Below are positions 20,130-28,933 of a DNA stretch of 64,000 nt, piece after piece (position 1 is the first letter of the stretch; every line of letters begins with the position of its first letter). A program made the position numbers and the translations under genes. This stretch comes from Candidatus Sericytochromatia bacterium. Lineage in GTDB: Bacteria; Cyanobacteriota; Sericytochromatia; S15B-MN24; UBA4093. A model generated the notes under the pieces. The model had not been told where the DNA came from. It searched no databases and was given only the letters and a program-made list of their open reading frames with translations. The stretch covers positions 1-64,000 of the forward strand of contig JAKFBU010000028.1 of NCBI GenBank assembly GCA_036676985.1, in the 5' to 3' direction.

Positions 20130-20810
20130 CTAAATATAAAGAAACTTCAATTGTTCTGGCCAAAGTCTAGGTGAGCCGGCGGTCAATCGATATTCGAGAA
20201 ATTTGAGCATTGCTTTGGATGATTGAGAAAGGTGCTTAATCTTATAGGTGAGCCCAAAACTAGGGTTCTCAACGATTTCTGAGTAGGTCATATTTGTAGC
20301 TCGACCACTAGGATCATCGGGAATAAATATAGTGTCCCAATAAAAGTCTCTATTTCCTCGGAGGCCTTCAGCTATCCTCCCCTGGGTTACACCCTCGAAT
20401 ACGGATACACTTTGACCGTCACAATAAGCGACGACGGCCTTCGCACAGGCCCGACGGTTTATGGATGAAGTTTCGCGTACAAAGTTTTCCTTAAGGGTGT
20501 TCCACATTGGCTTTGTGAGCCCGCCAGGAAATCCTTGTTCCAAATATTCCTCAAAAATTAACCCTGCATGCTCAACAATACAAGGGACTCTTATTTTCTT
20601 ATACGCATCTATTACTTCTGCTATTACTAACTTCTCTAACTCAACTTCTAACGTCTCTTTTATAGATACTTCTCTGATGTCGAATTCAAATACTTCCGAA
20701 ACGGTTTTACCGTTGTTTAGTGTGCAATTTTTTTGGAATTCAAGATTTTCTTGTTTCTTGAATCTACTTGAGGTGACATAGGTTATTCTGTGCTTGGGGC
20801 TATTATACAT
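20130..20810 (-). CDS. Divergent HAM1/ITPase family protein (KomB-like)
   Basis: VTSS..K..E, IVEHAGL, FPGGLTK, FEG.TQGRI, FYWDTIFIP, TYSEI, LSQSSKAM align to the HAM1 scaffold. Confidence 0.85.
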   Translation of the reverse strand: MYNSPKHRITYVTSSRFKKQENLEFQKNCTLNNGKTVSEVFEFDIREVSIKETLEVELEKLVIAEVIDAYKKIRVPCIVEHAGLIFEEYLEQGFPGGLTKPMWNTLKENFVRETSSINRRACAKAVVAYCDGQSVSVFEGVTQGRIAEGLRGNRDFYWDTIFIPDDPSGRATNMTYSEIVENPSFGLTYKIKHLSQSSKAMLKFLEYRLTAGSPRLWPEQLKFLYI

Positions 20811-21643
20811 TACGCACCTCGCAGTTCCCGGAGGATATTTGTTATATCCTCCTCCATACTGCCACCTCTAATCGGAATGACGTCGATATTTCGAGCCCTG
20901 AATAGCTCAATTTCAAAATTCGATGGATCAGGGACTACAATATAGGCCCTGCGCCCTGTTCCAGGTAATGGTGAATTCTGAAATTTTTCATTTACAAGCC
21001 GGAATAGGTATGAGACGTTCCAATCTCTGAAACTATACCCCAGAAATAAGATTACTCTACCAAGTACATCAGCACTTAATCGGTAATCCATAGGCGAGTC
21101 CAATTTCAATCTCGTTTCGTAATCAGATTCGGATAAGACCATCGTTTCAGGGTGGTTCATGTCGCCATGAAATTTAATTATTTCAGCAATATCTGTCTGA
21201 AAACCCATATCTTGTTCCATTGCGACTACGCGAAATTCACGTTCATTCAGCTGAAAACTGCGCTCAATGAAGTTATCGTAATTAGTTGTATAAAATAGGT
21301 TGCACTTATTAAGCAAGGCGAGTTCAGTGTGGATGCTAGAGCTTAATAGGGCCTGTGACGGGGGATTCATATTTGAGTGAAGCCAAATAGTTAGCGGCGT
21401 AAATCCTCGGCTAATTATCCTAAAATATTCGAGTATTTGTAAATCAGTACCGCGAGCTCTAAGCAGTTCCGGCTCAGAAAAACCCATAATCCTTGCAGCT
21501 TCGTCTACGAGTTCGGTCCAATTAGGCCCCGTCTTAGTCATGCCATCCAATTCCCAAGAGACGGACGCAGAGATACCGGCTCCCACAAATACAATTAAGC
21601 GGCCTTCATGGTATCGAGACTTCAGATCGACAGGACATCTCAT
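20810..21643 (-). CDS. SIR2-like (SIR2_2) NADase-type protein (KomC-like)
   Basis: FVGAGIS, PNW..L, TTNYD, KFHGD, VLSESDY, LFLGYSFRD. Confidence 0.9.
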   Translation of the reverse strand: MRCPVDLKSRYHEGRLIVFVGAGISASVSWELDGMTKTGPNWTELVDEAARIMGFSEPELLRARGTDLQILEYFRIISRGFTPLTIWLHSNMNPPSQALLSSSIHTELALLNKCNLFYTTNYDNFIERSFQLNEREFRVVAMEQDMGFQTDIAEIIKFHGDMNHPETMVLSESDYETRLKLDSPMDYRLSADVLGRVILFLGYSFRDWNVSYLFRLVNEKFQNSPLPGTGRRAYIVVPDPSNFEIELFRARNIDVIPIRGGSMEEDITNILRELRGA

Positions 21644-21645
21644 AT

Positions 21646-22251
21646 CTAAGGCTTTCGTGCAATTATCCGCGTCATGGAATGCAAATGTTGTATCCGATTA
21701 TGCGGGTGCGTTTCAATAAGGTCTGAGTCCGAGCTTTCGAGAAGATGCCAGTCACTGAATAATTCTACGTATGCGCTATGGGGAATGAGACATGGATCAA
21801 AGTCTGGATGTGCTGTTTCGAGCTCCTGGTGTCGATCGTTGAAGGCACAAAGGACGACATAGCCACCCTGTCGCGTCGCATTTTTTATCTTTTTGGTGAC
21901 GCTTTTGATCTCGAATGCTGTGGACATGCAGTGAAGAAGTCCATATGCAATAACCACATCATACATTCTCTTAATATAAGCATCCCTTATGTCTAACACT
22001 TCCCAGTCTATAGGTATATCTTTCCAATTCAATTTTGCGTTAGATATTGCAAAATGAGAAACGTCTAATGCTCTTACTGCGGCGCCTTTTTGATGACAAT
22101 AGACTGCATTTTTCCCTTCACCGCAGCCGATATCTAGTATATGTGTGTTTTCTAGTGGCGTATAGTGTTCAAGTTTCTTGAGGAGGCTTCCTGGATCAGT
22201 GCCCCAAAAACATGGACAGACTTCATAGCCTTTGTCATAGCCTCCAGACAT
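21646..22251 (-). CDS. Class I SAM-dependent methyltransferase (TehB-like)
   Basis: ILDIGCGEGKNA, ALDVS, YDVVIAYGLLH, GGYVV; ATG 22251 lies 1 bp after upstream stop. Confidence 0.9.
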   Translation of the reverse strand: MSGGYDKGYEVCPCFWGTDPGSLLKKLEHYTPLENTHILDIGCGEGKNAVYCHQKGAAVRALDVSHFAISNAKLNWKDIPIDWEVLDIRDAYIKRMYDVVIAYGLLHCMSTAFEIKSVTKKIKNATRQGGYVVLCAFNDRHQELETAHPDFDPCLIPHSAYVELFSDWHLLESSDSDLIETHPHNRIQHLHSMTRIIARKP

Positions 22252-22252
22252 C

Positions 22253-23785
22253 TTACTTCCTTTCAATGCCTATTTCTTTCATTAGTTGGTTTATTGCTTT
22301 GTGGTACATAGATTTTCCGATCCAGTTGTATAAAACGGCGTCGGAATCCGAGATCATATCTTGAACATCTTGTTCAACGGGGGAGTTGCGTAGCATTAGG
22401 TAGTTTTCTATATGTATAGCCTGGTCTTCCCTTTCGCTATAAAGGTTATATGCCAAGTCTGGCGGGGCGTATACATAGAGAAGGCCGATCTTTAAGGGGC
22501 CTGCAATTCTACGTAATGAATCTAGGGTCGATTTTTGGCGAATTCCGTCGATAAGTACGCGCTCCGAACCAGAGGAGATGGCTTCTTCATAGAGTGCTTC
22601 GGCGAGTATTTCAGGCCCCTCGTCCGCTGAAATAAAATTCCAGGCAATTTCCTGAAATCTTCCTCGGGGTGTTTCTGGAACCGGTGCAATGTTAAGGATC
22701 CTTGCAAGCGTTCGCCCGCTGTTTACTTCAGTATATCCATATTTCGTACTAAGAATTCTTGTTGCTTCTGATTTGCCGCTGCCGATGCCTCCAATTACGC
22801 ATAAGATATGAGGGGGCTTTAATTTGGAGCGTTTTTGTATGCGATAGAAGGGCTGTGATGAGGTGGCCTTCGCGAAGAAAGTCCGGAGGCAGAGTTGCGA
22901 CCAGTATTCAAAATTCCAGAATAAATATGGGTCTGATGATGGATCTAACCACCGCAAGTGGGTAATCGACGTTTCACCGCGCCGCGGATTATCCCACTCT
23001 ATGTCGTCGCTTACATCATATTTGAAGACGAATCCGATGTGTTTCCTACCAGTAGACGAAGAGTCATCATTAATAATGCCAACCATTTTTAGGCGGTTTG
23101 GATCATTGAGTAAGTAAATGTCCTTTTGTGGTAATTTAAGTTCTTCGATAAGCTCGCGAATTGCGTTATGCTTAATCCCAAAATCTGCGTACGAAAAAAT
23201 GTTTCTGTCACGCTCTGTTACGTGGCCGCCAAAGCCAATACAATGGCTTCCTCTAAGATATTGTTCGACCCGATTGAAATTCCCGCGTTTATAGGCCAGC
23301 ACGCGGTCGCCTTTAGTTACCATTATGTAAGTTATAACCTGTTTATAGCTTTCATCTTGTTCCGCAGTAAGACGGTCAATATATTTAAATGGTTGGGCGG
23401 TCATGAGCGTTGAGTAAAGGCTTTCCCATTCTCTCATAACGCCTTGAGAACGGCTGTTGGCTAATAGCCATTCTGATGGAATAGCTAGCACGATCTCCGG
23501 TATCCGCTTCGGCTTTAATCGTGGTGCTTCATATATTGTTGTAGAGTCTGAAGCTAAGCGCCGAAGGAAGAATATGCCAGGCTCTGTTCTGACAAAGGCT
23601 GACGCCAATCCCTTTCGAATTATGTCAGTGCAAAGTTTGGAGCTTAATGTTTGATGGGGCGCCTTACCTGTGATTTTGTCTGAAAAGAGGTTGTTTCGGA
23701 ACGCAAGTTCGATCATTTCCTTACAACTCATTGGCCGCTTGTGCTGTTCGAGAAGGCGCTCTGCTACGTCAAGAAATTCGCTCAT
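22253..23785 (-). CDS. HARE-HTH + NUDIX-like (YmaB/COG4112-type) + P-loop nucleotide-kinase fusion
   Basis: FLDVAERLL...GKAPHQTLSS...F.RTEPGIFFL; AEQDESYKQVITY, GFGGHV, RELIEEL, INDD, WSQ; GGIGSGKS, TPR..FQ, IDGIR. Confidence 0.85.
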   Translation of the reverse strand: MSEFLDVAERLLEQHKRPMSCKEMIELAFRNNLFSDKITGKAPHQTLSSKLCTDIIRKGLASAFVRTEPGIFFLRRLASDSTTIYEAPRLKPKRIPEIVLAIPSEWLLANSRSQGVMREWESLYSTLMTAQPFKYIDRLTAEQDESYKQVITYIMVTKGDRVLAYKRGNFNRVEQYLRGSHCIGFGGHVTERDRNIFSYADFGIKHNAIRELIEELKLPQKDIYLLNDPNRLKMVGIINDDSSSTGRKHIGFVFKYDVSDDIEWDNPRRGETSITHLRWLDPSSDPYLFWNFEYWSQLCLRTFFAKATSSQPFYRIQKRSKLKPPHILCVIGGIGSGKSEATRILSTKYGYTEVNSGRTLARILNIAPVPETPRGRFQEIAWNFISADEGPEILAEALYEEAISSGSERVLIDGIRQKSTLDSLRRIAGPLKIGLLYVYAPPDLAYNLYSEREDQAIHIENYLMLRNSPVEQDVQDMISDSDAVLYNWIGKSMYHKAINQLMKEIGIERK

Positions 23786-23821
23786 GAGTAAAGCCTTTGA
23801 ATAGGATGATCTATGATGTCA

Positions 23822-23888
23822 TTAATTTCATACCCGGCTCTAACACTAAGTTTTCCTCTTAATGTCAAGTTTTAGTTAATGAAATTAA
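23822..23888 (-). promoter_or_regulatory. Putative island promoter/operator
   Basis: Perfect TTGACA on minus strand (23863-23868) between a 10-bp inverted repeat TTAATTTCAT / ATGAAATTAA; no clean -10 at 17 bp. Confidence 0.35.
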
Positions 23889-24010
23889 ATTACATCGGAG
23901 TTATTTTGAGCGCATGAACTCCCCGGGCGCGGACAGTACAGATAATGAGGTCAAGTTCGCAGGCTGTTTGGGCAAATGCTGTCCTGCCTTGAGACTCGGA
24001 CTGCCTTATT

Positions 24011-26551
24011 CTAGAAGAGCCAGGGCTGGGTAAATTTGAAGGTGACACCCAGGAGATGCCGGTTGGCCCAGTCCGGATAGACGGTGTTCCGGTACAGGTT
24101 GAGCTTGTACGTCAGGGCAGTCGTCTCAGTCAGCGGCACCGACAGGATCGACTCGTTGTCGATCAAGAGGCCGTCCTTGGCGAAGTCCGGGGTGGCGAAG
24201 AGCTTGAGGTCGGTCGACAGGTTCAGCCAGAACAGCGTCTGCTTCCACACCGCCTGGAACGTGCCACCGGTCTTGTCCGGCTGCTTCGTGTCGAAGAAAT
24301 GGTGACGGTACTCAATACCTTCCCGGAGCTCCAGGCCGAAGGGAAAGGGGTGGCTCACGCCCGAACCGAGCTGGCCCAGGAAGTAGCGCGGGTCCTGGTC
24401 GTTGTTGAAGCGCGTCGTCAGCGTCAGGGTCGCGTAGGGCTTGGCCACCGACCACAGGATGTCGCTCTTGTAATCCGTGACGAGCTGGATCTTGTCGCTC
24501 GAGATCTGGCTCTTGCCGTCCGAGAGCTGGTCGCTGTGATACGAGAGGTTCAGCGTGTTGTCCAGCTCGTGCGGGCCCCAGTTGGTGCCAAGGTCGTACT
24601 TCAGGTCACCGCCCCAGCTCATGCCGCTCTTGTCGGCCTTCCAGGCCAGGTCCGGGTAGCGCTTGGCGTCGGCCTCCACCTGCCGGCGCTGTAGGTCGGT
24701 GGTGAACTGCACGGACGACTTCCAGAAGGGGATCTGGTAGTAGTCCGGGAAGCCCGTGGGCGTGACCTCGAGGCCCTTCTTCGCCTGGTTGCGGAAGTAG
24801 CGCATGACCGCGCGGCGCACCGAGATGGTCAGGACGCGGTTGGGGCCGCTCGCCAGCACCTCCAGGCCCGTGTGCTTGCCGACGGCCGCCGGATGGGTCG
24901 TCGCGACCGTGTAGTTGGCCTTCTTCTCCAGGACGCGGCCATTCACCCAGACGACCGAGTCCTTCTCCGTCACTCCAGCGAAGAAGGCCTGTCGCCCGCG
25001 GGCCGCGTAGAAGAGGTCCGAGAGCTGGGAGCCCGTGAGCTCGACGACGGCCACCGCGTCCTCCCAGGGCATGGAGTAGAAGAGGCTGCGCGGCGAGTTC
25101 ACCGGGCCGAAGACCCGCTCGTTGTGGAAGAACGAGCGCGGTACCAGGCCCACCTCGGCGCGGGCCTGCAGGCGGACGATCTCGGGCACGAGCCCCATCA
25201 CCTGGTCCGAGGTCAGGTTGTCGGCGAGCTTCGCCAGGTTGCCCTGCTCGTCGGTCCAGGCCTTGGCAGCCAGGCGCTTGGTCTCCAGGCTCAGCTTCAT
25301 GACGGGCGAGCTCGTGGCCTCGGCGATCTTGTTGGGCAGGGTCTCCTCGTCCAGGCGGATGAGGCCCGGCTCGATGCGCGCCAGCTGATAGTCGCCTTGC
25401 GGCGAGGGCTCGAAGGTGAGGCGGGCCTTGCCGATGGCCGTGCCGAAGCCGCCCGCGTGCAGCGCGCGCTTGCCGTCCACGCCCACCACCTCATGGATGG
25501 CGATCGCCGTCGCGTTCGCCGTGTTGAACCCCCCGAGCACCAGGTCCACGCCCGAGTCGCGGGTGAGGAGCGCCATCTCGCGGTCCAGGGTGAGGTGGGT
25601 CATGGCCACGATGATGTCCGGAGTGGCCGCCCGGCGGATCAGGGGCACCCAGCGCGCGACCGCCTCCATGGGCGGATCGATGGTGACGCGCGAGATTTCC
25701 GAGAAATCGATGTACGGCCGGGCATCCGGGTCCACCAGCCCGAGCACCGCCACCTTGAGGCCGCCCCGCTCGAAGAGGGCGTAGGGGCGCGCGAGCGTCT
25801 GGTCGGTCTTGGCCCAGCGGACGTTGGTGAGGACCGCCGAGGCCGAGGACTCGCGGATGCGCTCGCGCAGGACGTCGAGGCCGTAGTTGAAGTCGTGGTT
25901 GCTCGGCAGCCAGGCGTCGTAGCCCATGTGGTTCATGGCCTCGACCATGGCCTTGCCCTTGGAGGCCGCCGAGACCATGTTGGGGCCGAGCACGTTGCCC
26001 GAGCTGAGCAATAGCGTGGGCAGGCCGTTCTTTCGCTCCTTCTCGATCAGGGCCGCCGCGCGCGGCAGGCCGCCGACGATCTTGGGCCGGGACGAGTAGG
26101 GGTCGAGCTTGACCGGGTCGAAGAGCCCGTAGGAGTCGTTGGTGTGCAGCACCATGAGGGTCTTGGGCCGGGGCACGACGACCTTGGGGGGCGCCAGGAG
26201 GTCGTCGAGCGGGTTCGAGGCCGCTGCCGACGCCGTAGCCGGCACGGAGCCCGAGGCGTCGGGCGAGAGGCTGGTCGTTGCCAGCGACGGGCGGATGCCA
26301 CCCAGGGACACCTCGAGCAGAGGCTCGGGCGTGGGCACGGCGGCAACGCTGGGGCTCGCCTCGACGACGGTGGCCATGAGGCTGGGGCTCGCGACGGCCG
26401 CCGGAGCCTGGACGCTCGCCGTCGCCTCGCTGGCGGGGCTGGGGGCGGGCGTGGCCGCGGGGAGCGTCTGCGCGCGGGCCGAGCCCACGGCGAGCGCGAA
26501 CAGGAAGAGGAGCGCGACGAGGCGCAGGGCGGGAGAGGCTAGGACAGGCAT
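24011..26551 (-). CDS. 5'-nucleotidase-like (degenerate metallophosphoesterase) fused to C-terminal outer-membrane beta-barrel
   Basis: Signal peptide, Pro/Ala linker, LHTND, GGLPR, NHDFNYG, VVELTGSQL; amphipathic strands ending in WLF. Confidence 0.75.
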   Translation of the reverse strand: MPVLASPALRLVALLFLFALAVGSARAQTLPAATPAPSPASEATASVQAPAAVASPSLMATVVEASPSVAAVPTPEPLLEVSLGGIRPSLATTSLSPDASGSVPATASAAASNPLDDLLAPPKVVVPRPKTLMVLHTNDSYGLFDPVKLDPYSSRPKIVGGLPRAAALIEKERKNGLPTLLLSSGNVLGPNMVSAASKGKAMVEAMNHMGYDAWLPSNHDFNYGLDVLRERIRESSASAVLTNVRWAKTDQTLARPYALFERGGLKVAVLGLVDPDARPYIDFSEISRVTIDPPMEAVARWVPLIRRAATPDIIVAMTHLTLDREMALLTRDSGVDLVLGGFNTANATAIAIHEVVGVDGKRALHAGGFGTAIGKARLTFEPSPQGDYQLARIEPGLIRLDEETLPNKIAEATSSPVMKLSLETKRLAAKAWTDEQGNLAKLADNLTSDQVMGLVPEIVRLQARAEVGLVPRSFFHNERVFGPVNSPRSLFYSMPWEDAVAVVELTGSQLSDLFYAARGRQAFFAGVTEKDSVVWVNGRVLEKKANYTVATTHPAAVGKHTGLEVLASGPNRVLTISVRRAVMRYFRNQAKKGLEVTPTGFPDYYQIPFWKSSVQFTTDLQRRQVEADAKRYPDLAWKADKSGMSWGGDLKYDLGTNWGPHELDNTLNLSYHSDQLSDGKSQISSDKIQLVTDYKSDILWSVAKPYATLTLTTRFNNDQDPRYFLGQLGSGVSHPFPFGLELREGIEYRHHFFDTKQPDKTGGTFQAVWKQTLFWLNLSTDLKLFATPDFAKDGLLIDNESILSVPLTETTALTYKLNLYRNTVYPDWANRHLLGVTFKFTQPWLF

Positions 26552-26829
26552 AGCTCAGTCTCGAGCCGGCTCGACTGGACCTCCAGGTGCACCATGCGCG
26601 TGCGCTCGTCGCCCGGCGCGAGGCCGGCGTGGGGGAAGCGGTCGTAGAGCGACGTGAGCTCCTGGTGGATGCGCTGGTGCTCCAGGGTCTTGCTCTTGAA
26701 GGCCTGGTAGGAGAGTACGGGCAGGCGGCCGTCGCCGTAGCGAGGGTAGGCGTCGGTGCGGTACGCGACGAACCATTGCCGGATCCGGCGGGTGGTCAGT
26801 TCGGGCAAGGACTCGAGCGATCGTGTCAT
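26539..26829 (-). CDS. Small hypothetical protein
   Basis: ATG 2 bp after upstream stop; fills the gap and overlaps the next start. Confidence 0.5.
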   Translation of the reverse strand: MTRSLESLPELTTRRIRQWFVAYRTDAYPRYGDGRLPVLSYQAFKSKTLEHQRIHQELTSLYDRFPHAGLAPGDERTRMVHLEVQSSRLETELCLS

Positions 26830-26831
26830 GG

Positions 26832-27623
26832 CTAGCGCGACGACTTCGCCCTCTTCCGCTCGGCCTTGTAGACGTGGGAGTAGAGGTCGTCGAGCGCGAT
26901 CTTCTTGTACTCCATGAGGTAGTCCACGCGCTTCAGGACGCCGCCCGGCGTGACGTCGGCGGGCACCTCCTCGGGCATGACGGCGTTCCAGTCGGGCACG
27001 AGCAGCAAGGAGCCGATCTTGTCCTCGTCCAGCGAGGCCTGGTAGATGATGAACCGGCCGTCGCTCAGGATCTGCTTGTAGCGCTTCTCCTTGAGGACCA
27101 CGCGCGCGTACCAGCGCTTGAAGCCTTCGATGAGGTTCTTGGCCGGGGGCACCCGGCGGGCCGCCTCCAGCTCGTTGTCCGCAAGGAACTTCTCGATGGC
27201 CGCGGGGTCGGTGAACGCCACCTGCTTCCACTCGCTCAGCACGAAGCGCTGGTTCTGCGGGGTCTTCATGACGATGAGCGAGTGCTTGGGCAGGTAGATG
27301 AAGCCCGAGGTATCCGACGGATCGGCCGGCACGAAGGTCTCGGAGAAGGTGGCCTCCTTGCCCCGGAGCCCCTCGAAGATCTCGAACTCGAAGCCGCGTC
27401 CGGCCCCCCGCACGGCGATGCCGCCCGTCTTCTTGAGGGCGGGGTAGCGCTTGAGGTAGTCGGTCATGTTCTGGCCGGGCACCGGATCGGGCACGACCAC
27501 CTTCTGGGCGGGCTTGGTGGCCGCGGGCTCGGACGATGCGACCGCCGGCAAGGCGATCGCCAGCGCCATCAGCAGCGCGCCAATCATGCGAGTCCAGTTG
27601 AAGGGCTTCAGGATTGCGTTCAT
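26832..27623 (-). CDS. Exported hypothetical protein
   Basis: Signal peptide (LALPAVAS-like); typical high-GC codon pattern. Confidence 0.7.
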   Translation of the reverse strand: MNAILKPFNWTRMIGALLMALAIALPAVASSEPAATKPAQKVVVPDPVPGQNMTDYLKRYPALKKTGGIAVRGAGRGFEFEIFEGLRGKEATFSETFVPADPSDTSGFIYLPKHSLIVMKTPQNQRFVLSEWKQVAFTDPAAIEKFLADNELEAARRVPPAKNLIEGFKRWYARVVLKEKRYKQILSDGRFIIYQASLDEDKIGSLLLVPDWNAVMPEEVPADVTPGGVLKRVDYLMEYKKIALDDLYSHVYKAERKRAKSSR

Positions 27624-27801
27624 CGCCCCTATTCTACCCCTCTTTCTCCCCCCTCAATCGCCTGCATACCAGATGAACAACCGCTTTAACCATTTCTTAG
27701 TCTCAGGTTAGCCGTCCGATAAGAAAGAGGGCTTGGTTATGAAACGATAAAGAGGGTGTTAAGTCATGGCAAGAAGTTTAAAGACGCTGTCAGGAGGCTC
27801 C

Positions 27802-28932
27802 ATGTCGAACCCGCTCCAGCGCTCATCCTTTGCGGTCACTCCCCTGGTCGCGCGGCGCCCTGCCTCCACGGTGGGCAAGTCCCCGGTGCAGGCGGGCGGC
27901 GGGACGCTCGGCGAGGATTCGTTCCAGCGATCGCGCCCCTACGAGCCTACGAGCCGCATGACGTCGAGCCAGGTCGCGGCCTACGGCAAGCTTACGGCCC
28001 AGCAGCGCGAGTCCTTCGACAAGGTCTTCTTCGGCGCGAACCGGATGGGCCAGGTGTCCCTCGCCAAGCTGCTGGAGGACGGCCGCCTCCTGTCCAGCAA
28101 GGACCTGCGCAAGGGCGGGACCCTGCTCAGCCACCTGGATCGCCTCTCGACCCAGCCCCTCGCGAGCGGCCTCAACCGCATGAACCTGCTGTCCGGCCTC
28201 CTCGAGCAGGCCGAGAACCCCGGCAACATCTCCCAGGGCGGCCGCGGGACCTGCACGGTGACGACCGTCGAGTACCTGCTGGCGAAGCGCTCGCCCGCGG
28301 AGTACGCGCGCCTCGTCACCGACCTCGCGAGCTCCGGCGGAAAGGCGGTGCTCGCCAACGGCGCGACCGTGAGCCGTGAGCCCGGAACGGCGAGCGCGGA
28401 CGATTCCGGTCGCTCGGACGCGAGCCGCCTCTTCGAGGCCGCGATGATGGAGTACGGCAACGGCTTGCTCGACTACAGCAACGAGAAGGACAAGCACGGC
28501 GTGGGCGGGGCCTCCATCCTGCCGGGCGGCCTCAGCAACGGCGACACCGTCAAGGTCCTGAGCGGCGTCTTCAACGAGAAGTGGCGCTCCATCCAGGCGG
28601 TGCCCGTCCTCGGGCAGGTGCCCTTCACGAGCGTGGGGACCGGCCCCCTCTTCGAGAAGCTGGAGAGCTACGTGAAGAAGGGCCAGGAAGTGCCCATCGG
28701 CATGGACTGGCGCGGATCGGGCGAGTGGAAGCCCTCGGGCCACGAGGTGCTCGTCACCAAGATCGAAGGCGGCCGGGTCTACTTCCGGAACCCCTGGGGC
28801 AACTACGACGCGCCCGGCACCGTGACCGACGGCAAGGGGAGCCCGGTGCGCCGCATTGAGGACGACAAGGGGCTCGAGAGCATGACCGTCGACGAGTTCC
28901 GCAAGCGCTTGAAGGGCATCGCCGTTCGGTAG
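27802..28932 (+). CDS. Papain/calpain-like cysteine peptidase
   Basis: AGGAGG RBS; QGGRGTC, SGHEVLV, RNPWG catalytic-triad pattern. Confidence 0.75.
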   Translation: MSNPLQRSSFAVTPLVARRPASTVGKSPVQAGGGTLGEDSFQRSRPYEPTSRMTSSQVAAYGKLTAQQRESFDKVFFGANRMGQVSLAKLLEDGRLLSSKDLRKGGTLLSHLDRLSTQPLASGLNRMNLLSGLLEQAENPGNISQGGRGTCTVTTVEYLLAKRSPAEYARLVTDLASSGGKAVLANGATVSREPGTASADDSGRSDASRLFEAAMMEYGNGLLDYSNEKDKHGVGGASILPGGLSNGDTVKVLSGVFNEKWRSIQAVPVLGQVPFTSVGTGPLFEKLESYVKKGQEVPIGMDWRGSGEWKPSGHEVLVTKIEGGRVYFRNPWGNYDAPGTVTDGKGSPVRRIEDDKGLESMTVDEFRKRLKGIAVR

Positions 28933-28933
28933 C

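Noticed and set aside
20130-23785. Canonical Kongming, Thoeris, or restriction-modification system
   Set aside because: No deaminase, TIR, SLOG or Macro domain; the methyltransferase lacks DPPY/NPPY or PC motifs of DNA methyltransferases.
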